A DNA stretch of 64,000 nucleotides from Felis catus (GCF_018350175.1 NC_058368.1:144152001-144216000); one strand, 5' to 3'. Shown: positions 25,737 to 37,765, counted from the stretch's first letter. Notes: generated by a model from the letters alone, not told the origin. Numbers and translations: made by a program.

Positions 25737-26039
25737 GTGTCCCTGAGAGTGTAGCTCTGCACCCTCCCTTCCTTGCTTCTTCCTCTCCCTGCTTTTCCCC
25801 TTCTCCTAGCATCTCCCAGGCCCTGGCTACTCTCTGGCATTCGGGGTGGTCCTGCTTGGGGCTTCCGTCTCAGGGAGTGGCCAAGAGAGGGATCTGGATG
25901 AGTGACTTGCAGATTTCAGCAGTGTTGGCAACAGTTTACTATTCAATAAGCATTGGATGAGTTAAACAAAAAAAAAAAAAAAAAAAAAAAAAAAGGAGGA
26001 GGAGGACGGGGAGGAGGAAGGGAAGAAGGAAGGAAGGGA

Positions 26040-26180
26040 GGAGCTTAAAATTCCTGATGCCCAGGCCACACACCAGACCAAAATTGGGCTCTCTGGGATG
26101 AGGGGATGAGAACTCAAGTATCACTACTTTTTTAAGCTCCCCAGGGGATTGTGATGTGCAGCTAGAGTGGAGAATCACTT
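26040..26180. mobile_element. MER5-like element, 3' part (5' part at about 25185-25232; split by the SELENOW retrocopy)
   Basis: CTGATGCCCAGGCCACAC..AAGCTCCCCAGGGGATTGTGATGTGCAGC..GAGAATCACT. Confidence 0.65.
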
Positions 26181-26269
26181 CTCTACTATGTGGCAGACCT
26201 CCTTAAAAATATAATCTCCATTCTTACGGGTTCCTTTAACGTATGTTTTTCAGAAAATGAATTAAAACA

Positions 26270-26475
26270 ATTTTTTTAATGTTTATTTTTGAGACAGAGA
26301 GACAGAGCTCGAGTGGGGGAGGGGCAGAGAGAGAGGGAGACACAGAATCCGAAACAGGCTCCAGGCTCTGAGTTGTCAGCAGAGAGCCTGATGTAGTGCT
26401 GGAACCCGTCGAACCACGAGATCATGACCTGAGCCAAAGTCGCATGTTTAACTGACTGAGCCACCCAGGAGCCCC
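26270..26475 (-). mobile_element. CanSINE
   Basis: SINE body; TSD TTTCAGAAAATGAATT on both sides. Confidence 0.9.
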
Positions 26476-27140
26476 ATTTCAGAAAATGAATTTGAGGCTT
26501 ATTTGCATCATTTGCCTCTGACTAAGCTTATTCACTTTCTGCACAGGACTGTTCATCAAGTCACATCAGGGGAAGCAACCTGGGGCAAGATAAGCCATTC
26601 GGCCAATGTGTAATTATTGAGGTTTCTGAAAAAAGTGATTATGTTAATACTAGGTAAAATATTACTTTTACATAATTTTCTCAGTTTGGCTGATAACTCC
26701 TAGGGGATAGTGTCTGAGTTTATTTAATTGACCTCACACTGCATCAAGAGTAACGTTATGTTCTGGTGAAAACTTAAGAGCTTTTGGAATTATTTTCAAC
26801 CAAAAAAAAAAAAATGTAGTGAATTAGAAACCATCTGTGAAGCTGCTGAATTTTATAGAAAAGGCTTCATTTAGACTGACATTTATCTTGTAATGTGGCA
26901 GTAGAAAAAAATTCTGAAACATTTGCAGAACAAAGGTTAAGGCCAAACTTACTCAGTGTGATGTTTATAAAGCATAAATCTGCACAGAAGAGGGTAGATG
27001 TATTATTTATGTTTAAGTACGTGTCTATTGTGTGTTTTAAAATCTCATATTAAATAAAGTAGATTCACGGAGGAAAAAGGGAAAGGAGGGAGGTTGAGAA
27101 TAGGGAATGAAGCAGGTCTCCTTTCATTTCCTGACTTTAG

Positions 27141-27595
27141 TTTTATTTATTTATTTTTAAAGTTCATTTATTTATTTATTTTTTAAAAAAAAATTTTTTT
27201 TTCAACGTTTATTTATTTTTTTGGGGACAGAGAGAGACAGAGCATGAACGGGGGTGGGGCAGAGAGAGAGGGAGACACAGAATCCGAAACAGGCTCCAGG
27301 CTCTGAGCCATCAGCCCAGAGCCTGACGCGGGGCTCGAACTCACGGACCGCGAGATCGTGACCTGGCTGAAGTCGGACACTTAACCGGCTGCGCCACCCA
27401 GGCGCCCCAAAGTTCATTTATTTATTATGAGAGAGAGAGACAGCGTGAGCAGACAAGCAGCAGAGAGAGAGAATCTCAAGCAGACACTGCATGAAGCCCA
27501 ATGGCAGGGCTTGAATTCATCATGAACTGTGAGATAACGACCTGATCTGAAATCAAGAGTCGGACGCTTAACTGACTGAGCCACCCAGGTGCCCC
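27141..27595 (-). mobile_element. Nested CanSINEs: a young copy (about 27177-27408) inserted in the A tail of an older copy
   Basis: Inner TSD AAAGTTCATTTATTTATT (27159-76 and 27409-26); outer TSD CATTTCCTGACTTTAG (27125-40 and 27599-614). Confidence 0.92.
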
Positions 27596-27699
27596 ACACA
27601 TTTCCTGACTTTAGAACACTTCTGCCCATTTTTATTTTGAATATTTTCAAACACGTAGAAAAGCTGAAAAGAATATTGCAGTAACATCCGTGTGCCCTT

Positions 27700-28070
27700 A
27701 TGTATTCCAAAGGCTCGAGAACCAGGAGAGCTGATGGTGTAGCCCTTGTTCGAAGGCCAGCATGCTTGAGATCCAGGAAGAACCAAAATTTTAGTCCAAG
27801 TTTGAAGGCAGGAAGTAAAGCTGATATCTTACTTCAAAGGCAGTCAGGCAGGAAGAATTTTCTGTTAATAATGTGTGGCAAGATCAAACTTTTGTTCTGT
27901 CAGGCCTTCAACTGATTGGATGAGACCCAGTCACGTAAGGGAGGACAGACTGTCTACCTATTTAAATGTGAATCTCATCCAAAAACACCCTCCCAGAAAC
28001 TTTCAGAATAATGTTTGACCAAATACATCTGGACACTCTGTGGCCCAGTTAAGTCGACACATAAAATTAT
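27700..28070 (-). mobile_element. MLT2-type (ERVL) LTR fragment
   Basis: CAGGCCTTCAACTGATTGGATGAG...GGCCCAGTTAAGTCGACACATAAAATT matches the MLT2 terminus in reverse complement. Confidence 0.7.
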
Positions 28071-28088
28071 TAATTGTATTGGTTTTCT

Positions 28089-28312
28089 TTTTTTTTTTAA
28101 TTTTTTTTTCAACGTTTATTTATTTTTGGGACAGAGAGAGACAGAGCATGAACGGGGGAGGGGCAGAGAGAGAGGGAGACACAGAATCAGAAACAGGCTC
28201 CAGGCTCTGAGCCATCAGCCCAGAGCCTGACGCGGGGCTCGAACTCACGGACCGCGAGATCGTGACCTGGCTGAAGTCGGACGCTTAACCGACTGCGCCA
28301 CCCAGGCGCCCC
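28089..28312 (-). mobile_element. Young felid CanSINE (SINEC_Fc-like)
   Basis: Perfect TSD AATTGTATTGGTTTTCT at 28072-28088 and 28313-28329. Confidence 0.94.
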
Positions 28313-28316
28313 AATT

Positions 28317-28890
28317 GTATTGGTTTTCTATTGGTACAAACTTACATCACAAATTTAGCAGCATAAAACAACACCAATTTGTTATCTCACAGTTTCTGTG
28401 AGTCAGGATCCTGGGCATGGCTTAGCGGGGTCCTGTTCTTAGGGTCTCACAAGGCTGCACAAAGTGTCCCACAGGGCTGTATTCTCACCTGAGACTTGAC
28501 TGGGAAAGGATTTGCTTCTAAGTTCACTCAGGTTGTTGGCAGACTTCAGTTCTTTGAGGGCTCTGATTTCTTGCTGGCTGTCAGCTGGGGGCCATCCTCA
28601 GCTCCCAGAGGCCATGACAGTTCCTTGCCATGTGGGATCCCCGACATGGCCAGTTACTTCCTCGAAGATAGCAAGCAAGGGAGAGGGGGACTCCACTCAG
28701 AAGCCACAGTCTTGCATAATTTAATTACATAATCATGTGGTTAAACATGTACATCCTGTCACCTTTGCCTTTTTTTATTTTGTAGAAGCAAGTCACAGGT
28801 CCTGGTCACACTCAAGGATAGAAGTCACATAAGAGGATGAACACCAGGAGGTGGGGATCGTGGGAGCCACTCTAACTTTGCATACCCAAG
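28317..28890. mobile_element. MLT1-type (MaLR) LTR
   Basis: Typical MLT1 motifs (TAAAACAACAC..TTATCTCACAGTTTCTGTGAGTCAGGA; AGAAGCAAGTCACAGGTCC). Confidence 0.7.
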
Positions 28891-28923
28891 TCTCTATTTA
28901 GATATAAGAATTGCTAACATTTT

Positions 28924-29130
28924 GGGGCTCCTGGGTGGCTCAGTCGGTTAAGCATCCAACTCTTGATTTCAGCTCAGGTCATAATCTTATGGTTCATGAG
29001 TTCAAGCCCCTTCTTGGGCTTTGCACTGACAGCCTGCTTGGGATTCTCTCTCTCCCTCTCTCTCTCTGTCCCTCTTCCACTCGTGCTCCCTCTCTCTCAA
29101 AATAAATAAATAAACTTAGAAAAAAAGAAT
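28924..29130 (+). mobile_element. CanSINE
   Basis: SINE head, (CT)n and A tail. Confidence 0.88.
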
Positions 29131-29337
29131 TAACATTTTGCCACATCTGCCTTCTATTTCTCTCTCTCCACACACACACAGACACACAGATACCACATAT
29201 ACACACACTCCCACATTTTTGTTGAACTACTTATAAATGTCATGATTAACGTTACCCTCTAAATACTCATTCATCTCCTAAGGGTAGTGCATTTCTACAT
29301 AACTATGATGGTGTTATCAAGCTATTTTCACTCTTTC

Positions 29338-29521
<184 letters not shown>

Positions 29522-29995
29522 TTTGCCCTCTTTAGCCATTAAATCTCAGCTCAGGTGTCACTGCCTCTGAGAAGCCTTCTTTGACTTCCTCAGCCAAAGT
29601 GAAGTTTCCTTTCCCACATCTCCTACTTTACCTGCTATTTTGTGCTTTTGCACATCACTGTTTGCTTACATGTTTGTTTCTCAAATGAACCATGGGTTCC
29701 TTGAGATCAGAAACCATGTGTTATTGTCTTTGGATTCCATGTGCTGATGTGACTTACGTAGATGCTTAAGAATTTTTTGATGAAGGAAGGAATCTTAAAA
29801 TTGAGTCTGCAGTAGGGCTGCAGGTGGGACAGTGGGGGCTGTGTTTTCACAGATAGGATCTTGTTTGATCCTGGACCATCAATTCCATGGGGGCAGATCT
29901 GCATCAGTTTTGTTCCCTCCTGTATCCCCATTGCTGAGCACGGTGCCTGGAAAGTGTGCAATAGAAGTGCTTTATATAAAAGCTCAATAAATGAT

Positions 29996-30195
29996 TTTTA
30001 AAGTTTATTTATTTATTTTGAGAGAGAGACAGGATGAGCAGGGGAGGGGAGAGAGAGGGAAAGAGAGCATCCCAAGAGGCTCCACACCTCTAGCATGGAG
30101 CCCGATGTGGGGCCCAAACCCACTAACCGAGAGATCATGACCTGAGCTGAAACCAAGAGTTGGAGGCTCAACCGCCTGAGCCACCCAGGTGCCCC
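29996..30195 (-). mobile_element. CanSINE
   Basis: TSD-like CTCAATAAAT(G/C)ATTTTT on both sides. Confidence 0.88.
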
Positions 30196-30465
30196 TCAAT
30201 AAATCATTTTTGTGTGCATGAGTGATAACTCTGTGGGCTGAGACAGGTGCTGCCATCATAATTTAGTGGAAGAACCAGCATCTTGGGGGGGTCAAATAAC
30301 CTGCCCATGTGTTTTGGACAAGCCAAGCCTCAGAGTGCCTGGCCTGCCACACCCCTTTTAGAGAGGGAGGGAAGAAGGCTGCTCAACACACTTGGTTGAC
30401 CAGGGAGGGAACTTTGTCCCACAAGCAGCCAGTCCTTATTGGGCTGACTTTAAAAGGTAAGTTCA

Positions 30466-30852
30466 GGGGCACCTGTGTAGCTCAGTTGGTTGAGCGTCTG
30501 ACTTTGGCTTAGGTCATGATGTCACGGTTTGTGAGTTTGAGCCCCACTTCAGGCTCTGTGCTGACAGCTCGGAGCCTGGGGCCTGCTTCAGATTCTGTGT
30601 CTCCTTCTCTCTCTGCCCCTCCCCAACTTGTGCTCTGTCTCTCTATGTCTCTCAAAAAATAAATAAGTGTAAAAAAATTTTTTTAAAGGTAAGTTCAAAC
30701 AATCATGTTACTGCTTGAGAATCTGAATTAAGTAACAGAAGAGGGGTACCTGGCTGGCTCAGTCAGAGGAGCAGGTGACTCTTGATCTCAGGGTATTCAG
30801 TTCGAGCCCCACATTGGGTGCAGAGATACCTAAAAATAAAATATATTAAAAA
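30466..30852 (+). mobile_element. Two CanSINEs (about 30466-30680 and a short variant at about 30743-30852)
   Basis: SINE heads and tails; the first has TSD AAAGGTAAGTTCA. Confidence 0.87.
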
Positions 30853-32323
30853 AGGAAACAGAGACGATGAGGACTCAGTAGTGGGAGGTGATAGGCTGGA
30901 GTTATGAGGGGCACACAATGCAAATCAGACACAGCAGGAAAGAGACCACACCTGGCAACCAGCAGAGCCACCCCCTCCCGCCCCCTTTCCCAGTAGCCTT
31001 CACATTCCCATTTCAATGTGTGTATGTCTTTGTAGTCAACACTCTGTCCCACCCAATCACCCAAGGTAATTCCAGGAGGGTTACTTATGCCTTGCAGCTA
31101 AGGTTTTTAATAAATGTCCCTACATGGACCCAGAATTGAAACCCAGGCTTCTGAGTCCAGTGCTCTTTCTACTTTTCCAGGGCTTAGGGACATTATCTTT
31201 GTGCAAATTTTAGCAGAAGGCAATGCAAAAATGGTGTATATTAAATGTATTTTAATGACAATGAAAAAAGCTATCTTCGTGACTATGAGTGGGAGGAAAC
31301 AGCCATTGAGGCAAACCAAATCCCCTCTCAATTTAAGCTCGACCAGTTCGAGGGTCCCAAGAAACTGAAAACAGGCCTTTAACGGAGTACTTATTTGTTC
31401 AAGGCGTCTGCCTTCTCTGCTCTTTCAACACAGATCCCCAGGAGTTCTGGTCGCCCCCTCCACCACCTGCCACCAGGCTTGCTGGGCAGGTGGGGCCAAA
31501 AGAGGAAGACAGGTGGCCACTTGAGCACGTGGCTTCTGCCCTTCAAGTTTCAAGGCTGCCTGCAAAGAATGCCAAGATTTTGGTTTCTATCGATGTGTGG
31601 CTTTTGACACGCGAGCTAATGAATATATTCCAGGTGCAAATCTTTCTTTCCCACGAGCTGTTTCTGCGGGTCTCCAGTGAGACAATTACCCGGTTCTACT
31701 TAGCAGAATGACTCAAGGACGGATCTAAGGGCTGGCTCGTGACAAAGCCTGGATGTTTTCCTGCCCTCTTCCCTGGCTTTAGAAATTGCATTGAAAAGTT
31801 AACGTACACAATGTTGCAGCTCCCCTCGTTGTCCCCCACGCAGCTGCTTGTGAGGGCAGCCGGCTCTCCAGTGCTCCCGGCAGGCACTGCTTTTCAAGCG
31901 CTGAATGGGTAGGTTCACAACTCCCCGCAATGACAACGGTGGACTCAGAGGGGCTGGCTCACTCCCTCATTTCTCTGCAGAGATGCCTCTACTTAACGAT
32001 TACCTACCTGGGTGTCACCTTTTGAAACTGACTGAAAAGAGCTTATCTTATAATCAACATTTCCCAGAAATCACTCGCAAGCCACAGGCTATGAAAAGAA
32101 ACAGATTTTGAGAAATTGCACTTAATGTACGTTGTCAAAAGTCTGCAGAGCTGAAGGCCAGCACTTTGAATATTTTCAGATTTGATTTTCCAAAGAAAGG
32201 CTGTTTGAAGCTGCAGATATCTGGAGGCGCTGATAAAAAACAAGAGGGAGATGTCCTATTGGAGCTGTATTTTCAGGAGCATGAGGGAGACCATTTTAAA
32301 GGTTAGACTTCACCCTTCAGTGG

Positions 32324-32395
32324 TTTTTTTTATTATTATTATTAAAATTTATTGTCAAATTGGCTTACGTACAACACCCAGTGCTCATCCCAACA
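32324..32395 (-). mobile_element. Extremely 5'-truncated carnivore/felid L1 (3' terminal ~55 nt plus tail)
   Basis: Reverse complement reads TGTTGGGATGAGCACTGGGTGTTGTACGTAAGCCAATTTGACAATAAATTT plus an A-rich tail; TSD TTCACC(C/T)TTCAGT at 32309-21 and 32396-408. Confidence 0.75.
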
Positions 32396-32670
32396 TTCAC
32401 CTTTCAGTTTTAATCTAAGCTTGAAAAATCATTAACTATGGAGAAGGAGACAATTAGGATTCAATTATAAATAAAAAAACTACCACTGGGGTTGACATTC
32501 GGCTTAGACTGAACTACAGATTCTTTAAAAAAAGCATCCTGATAGACCCCCAAATGTGACATTTAGTGCTTAAGAGACTGTTGCCTTTTTTCAAAAAACT
32601 TTCTGATGTGAAAAGGAAACAACTCCTAGGAGGCATATAGCACAATATCTTTTTCGGTCACTTTCATTAC

Positions 32671-33008
32671 TGTGAGGGTTTGTTTTCTGTGTTAACTTGG
32701 CCAGGCTATAGTACATGGTGATTTAATCAAACACAGATCTAGGTGTTGCTCTGAAGGTATTTTATAGATATAGTCAACACCTACAATCAGTTGACCTTAA
32801 GTAAAGGATATCACCCTTGACAACTGGCCTAATCTAATCAAAAGCAAGGCTTTTCCAGAAAAGAAATGGTCTCAAGATTTCAATATCAACTTCTGGCTGA
32901 ATTTCCAGCCTGCTGGCCTGCCCTCACAACTGCATGAGTCAATTCTCTAAAATTAATCTCTTAGTATGTATTTCTTATTGTTTCTCTAGGGAAAATCCGG
33001 ACCAATAC
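32671..33008 (+). mobile_element. MLT2-type LTR
   Basis: TGTGAGGGTT..TGTGTTAACTTGGCCAGGCTATAGT..CTAGGTGTTGCTCTGAAGGTATTT. Confidence 0.7.
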
Positions 33009-33824
33009 TCAATGACATGTATGCACTTGATGTAATAGCTGAAAATTTTAAGCTGGAAATTCAGTACCAATCAATATGGATGAGCCTGCTTTCTGCCCCC
33101 CTGAGTCTATACTAAGTGAATTGATAACATTCTTGATTTCAACCCAAATGTCACAAAGTGCTGTAGAGGTAGGAGGTGAGAAAGATGGGTGGTCAGGCTC
33201 CCTGGGGATGTACACCAGCAAACTCTGGGTGGCGTGAGGGCCAGCAAGAAGCAGTTACCAGCTGAAGGCCTGTGGGCATCAGACCCCCTTCCCACTCACA
33301 GTTAGGAACAAAGACCTTCCAGGAGTACATTTTGAGGAGAGAATGTAGACAAGTCTGTGCCACTTATGGCCTATTGGGGAAGGACAGGCTTCCTATTCTA
33401 GATGGAAAAACCAAATAAGAATATACCTCTTAACAGAAGAACACTTTTTACTAAATATAATGACATAGGCAATGAGAATATAGGTAATATAAAAACTAAA
33501 ATCCAAGCCCAATGTGTAATGTTAAAAAAAGCCCGTAAATAATAAAATTATATACCTGTGCAAAGGGTGGTCTTAATTGTTCCATTCTTTACAAAAGACA
33601 TTTAGTCTCTGCCCATGAATGAGTCACTTTCCTAAAATAAGGAGTTCTTTTCTAAGACCTGAACCCTGCTTATATTTCTCACAACCATTAAAGAACAATT
33701 AGCCTTAACGCCTTTTAGTCTTCTGGGTTCAAACACTTCAGGGAGCCTCACTAGAAGCAAGATGCATTTTCAAACCATCCACCCAAATCTCTTAACCTCA
33801 GAACAAAGCTTAAAAAAATAGAAA

Positions 33825-33942
33825 ACTCAGAAAGATATATGTACCTCATGTGTATTACATTATTTATAATAGCCAAGATATGGAAGCAACCCAAGCGTCC
33901 ATCTGTAGACGAATGGATAAAGAAAAGTGGTGCACGCGCATG

Positions 33943-33973
<31 letters not shown>

Positions 33974-34503
33974 CAAGAGAGAGGGAGAGAGAGAGAGAGA
34001 GGGGGGGGGGGAGAGAGAGAGAGAGAGAGAGAAATATTACTCAGCCATAAAAAATGAGATCTTGTCATTTGAGACAACATGGATGGACCTAGAAGCTTTT
34101 ATGCTAAGTGAAATAAGTCAAAAAAGACAAATACTATATGATGTCACTTATATATGGAATCTAAACAAAACAAAACAAATGAATAAATAACAAGCAAAAA
34201 CAGACCTGTAAATACAGAAAACAAACTGATGGTTGCCAGAGGGGAAGGATGTAGGGGAATGGGCAAAATGGGTGAAGAAGACTGGGAGATCAGGCTTCCA
34301 GTTATGGAATGAGTAAGTCACAGGGATAAAAGGTGCAGCATAGGGAACATAGTCACCAGTATCGTAGTAGCATTTTATAGTGACAGATGGTAACTACACT
34401 TGTGGTGAGCAAAGCATAATATATAAACTTGTGGAATCACTATGTGGTACACCTGGAACTAATGTAACATTGGGTGTCATCTATACTTCAATTAAAAAAA
34501 AAA
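33825..34503 (+). mobile_element. L1 3' end (L1MA-like) with an internal (CA)n(GA)n microsatellite
   Basis: ORF2 C-terminal remnant (LFIIAKIWKQPKRPSVDEWIKK; YYSAIKNEILSFETTWMDLE), 3'UTR and poly(A). Confidence 0.88.
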
Positions 34504-34627
34504 GGAATTAACTAGATCCTTTACAAGGGAAAAAAGGAAAGAAAGAGAAGAAATAGAAAAAAAAGAACAATCAGGAGAAGCAGCAGTCAAGTTGTGAGTC
34601 TGGTATCTGTCTCTTTCCCTTTACGGA

Positions 34628-35038
34628 TGTGGCAGAGTCTGGTGCTAGGTTCACCGAACCTGTTTCCTCTTCCCTCTGGTCCACAGCTAGCCTACATTTT
34701 GCAGCCTCCTGGCATTAGTGTGTGATTATGTGACAAAGTTTTGGCCAGAGGACTGTGGAGGAAAGTGGTACGTGTCCCTTCAAAGCTTGCCCTGCCAGAC
34801 CTCCCACATGTGATCTTCTGTACTCTTTCCTTTTTAGCAACAACCTTGGAAATCCCTAGTTGAAGATAGAATCTCCAAGGTGGAGGGAGTCTGAATCCCT
34901 GAATCTCCACCTGGAGAGCTGCCTACTGGTCAGAAACACCTGTGTTGCACTTTATTTGAGCAAGAAATAAGCTTCCATGGTGTTAAGTCATTGAGATTTG
35001 GGGTTTATCTGCTAAGGTAGTAAATCCTTAACCAACAG
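34628..35038. mobile_element. MLT1-type LTR
   Basis: MLT1 motifs (CCTGAATCTCCACCTGGAGAGCTGCC..GCAAGAAATAAGCTT..TGTGTTAAGTCATTGAGATTTGGGG). Confidence 0.65.
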
Positions 35039-36544
35039 AGGAAGTGGCTAGCATTGCTTTTCACTTTTCATGTACTGTAGAGAAAGCTCACATCAAGTTT
35101 GTTTTCATCTATTGACTGGGAATGTAATTTATAGCCATGTGGCTAATATAATGAAATGCCAAATCAACCCCAAATGTGGATGCCACATAGAATTTATTAT
35201 AATAAGATTGACTATATGATAGAAATTAAATGTGACATTTCAATTCCAGATTGCAAGATTCTATCTATCAACATTTTGAAGATGCTAGACATCTTGAGGG
35301 GAGACAAAGGTGAGTAAGATAGTTTCTGCCTGGAAACAGCTGGCAGTCTGGCATAGCTGAACAAGCAAACCTGTTAATTGTATTCTCATATTCATCCTCC
35401 TTTCTTCCTTGCCAGGAGAACTTTGATTTTGTTGGGGTGGTGGGGAACAAAATGATAGGTGACAGGTCAAGATTCATTTTAAGGCAGAGATCCTGAATTC
35501 TGATGTGCATTAGTAGAATTAGACTCAAGTGCTAGGAGGATTTGGGACAGGTTTTGCTTTCCTGATGAAAGGGAAATATGTGCCTGACATTTCTCACTTC
35601 CTCTCTTCCTCCTGCTGTGAACATGGCTTGATTTCTGAAGCAGTAGTAGTCATTTTGAAATCTTGAGGGAAAACCCCAGAGAATCACAGAGCCAGTAAAT
35701 CCAAATTTGTTTACCCCACTGTTAACTGGACTTGCTGGTACTTGCAGCTGAAGACACTCCTAATTGATAAAAGAGAGATGAGAATAACAAACAGCTGTTA
35801 GGCAAGCTGCGGTTAAGTGCTTTAACAGAGATAGGTAGCACTGGGTGATTCAGAGGAGGGTGAGAAGGAAGGCTTCATGAAAGAGGGAACCCTCTGAATT
35901 TGGACAGGACTCTGAGGAACACATATGATTTACACTCGACGATACAGGGATGGAGCCATTATACGGAGAGAGAACTGCATAAGGAAGGGGTGTGTGTGGC
36001 AAAGCTTGGCTCTATGTGGGGACTTGTGAGGAGCTGCGGGTGGCTTGTGTGTGACATGGAGGGAGTAGAAATTTTAGACAGTAAGTCTGGGAAGATTGAT
36101 CATTGCCATCTGGAGAAGACCATAAAGGCCAAGGTGGAGTTTGGTCTTAGTTGGGTCAGCATGAAGGGGAGACGGCGGCATAAAAAGAGGTGCAGTTCAG
36201 AGACTATTTGTTGGCCATGTTTATCATAGTTTATTTGGATTGAAAACCACCAATTTAGATTACCCCAACAGTCCAAGTGAGAGCAAATAAAGACCTGAAC
36301 TAGACATGGTTATGAAAGAGAACAGATTGGCGAAGTGAGGTGAAGTAGGTGAAGTAGGTGCTTGCCGCTGGATGGACCTGGGGCCTGATGACACCTGCCC
36401 TTCCTTGGTAAGGCCTTGTGCTGGGTTTTGGAATCTGGAGATGAAGTTTCTTCATGGTTTTTCCTCTGCCGAGAGCATATATCTGCCTTCCTCCTGACCG
36501 TCAGTCACCATCTCTCTAGATCCTTCAATACCAACTCAAATCCC

Positions 36545-37200
36545 ACTTCAGAAGAGTCCACATGTCTATCAATAGGAAAAAGGATAAACAGATGGTGGTG
36601 TGGCCATACAGTGGACACTACAAAGTTATAAAAAGGAACAAACCAGTGACACATGTAACAGCATGGGTGACTCTCACATAAATGGTGCTGAGTGAAATAA
36701 GTCAGACATCCTGTATGATTCCATTCATATGAAGTTCAGAAACAGGCAAAAATAATCTAAAATGAGGGAAAAAAGCCCCAGAATAGTGCTTGCTATCGGG
36801 AAGGGGTATGAAGGAGTTTTCCGGGGTGATGGACAGAGGTTTGGGTCATGAAGACACATGGATTTACTAAAACCTATAAAATGCTACACTTAAGATCTGC
36901 ATTTCTCCATATAGATTTTACCCTTCCCCCCAAAAGTAAACAAATTTTGAACTGTGGTTAATGACATACAAGCTTAAGAATCTAAGGATGAAACATCCTG
37001 AGATCTAAACTTACTTGGAAATGTATCAAAATATAAGAATGACTGATGGATGGATGGATGGATGGCTAAATATGTGGTAAAGCAGAGATAGCAGTGTTAA
37101 CAATGACAGAATCTAGGTGATGGATAAGAATGGGTGCTTAATGTATAATTCAGCTTCTCTGTGTGCTTGAAATAGTTCATAATAAAATACTACGGGAAAA
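36545..37200 (+). mobile_element. Old L1 (L1MC/ME-like) 3' fragment
   Basis: ATGTCTATCAATAGG..GGATAAACAG..TGTATGATTCCATTCATATGAAGTTCAGAAACAGGCAAAA. Confidence 0.7.
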
Positions 37201-37574
37201 CCCTTGAGCTTAAGATTTGATAATTCACCTATCAAAGAGGACTGGTAATAAAAAAACCTGCAGGCAAACATTGGCCCTTTGCAGGTGCTATGACCAGGGG
37301 CTCCAAAAAAGGCGTCATTCAGGATGCCTTCCCAAATAATTTTGTGTAGTAGGTGCAGCAGAAATTCTCTTCTCTATTTTCTACACTTTTTCCTGAGCTC
37401 CGGCATCATCAAGTCTTCCCCCCTTACAGCCTAACCCTCTATTCCTTCAGGGTGTTTGTGTCCGATGGTCCTGGGGCAAAGAAGTACAGACTACCTAAAA
37501 CATGTCCTCCAGTACTAAGTTTCACATCTAGTTTAATTACTGACTGCAAAGTTATTTGAAAATACCACACAACA

Positions 37575-37716
37575 GGGGTGCCTGGGTGGCTCAGTTGGTT
37601 GAGCATCGGCTCAGGTCATGATCTCAGGGCTCTTGAGATCAAGTCCCACGTCAAGATTTGTGCTGTCAGCGCGGAGTCTACTTGGGATTCCCTTTCTCTC
37701 GAAATTATACAAACTT

Positions 37717-37720
<4 letters not shown>
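37575..37720 (+). mobile_element. CanSINE followed by (CA)n
   Basis: SINE head GGGGTGCCTGGGTGGCTCAG. Confidence 0.85.

Positions 37721-37765
<45 letters not shown>
37720..37765 (+). repeat. (CA)n microsatellite
   Basis: Read directly. Confidence 0.95.

Larger units (their letters stand above)
25235..25994 (+). pseudogene. SELENOW: Processed retrocopy of selenoprotein W: 5'UTR, 264-nt frame, SECIS-containing 3'UTR and poly(A)
   Basis: 25293-25556 translates (R)ALAVRVIYCGA-U(TGA 25329-31)[74 protein letters not shown], colinear with the 87-aa SELENOW. Intronless; ATG changed to AGG; SECIS-like hairpin follows; poly(A) at 25968-25994. Confidence 0.95.

Noticed and set aside
25357..25960. ORF-track entries 25357-25812(-), 25553-25840(-) and 25556-25960(+)
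   Set aside because: These are antisense or 3'UTR frames of the SELENOW retrocopy running through (GT)n; the meaningful frame is 25293-25556(+).
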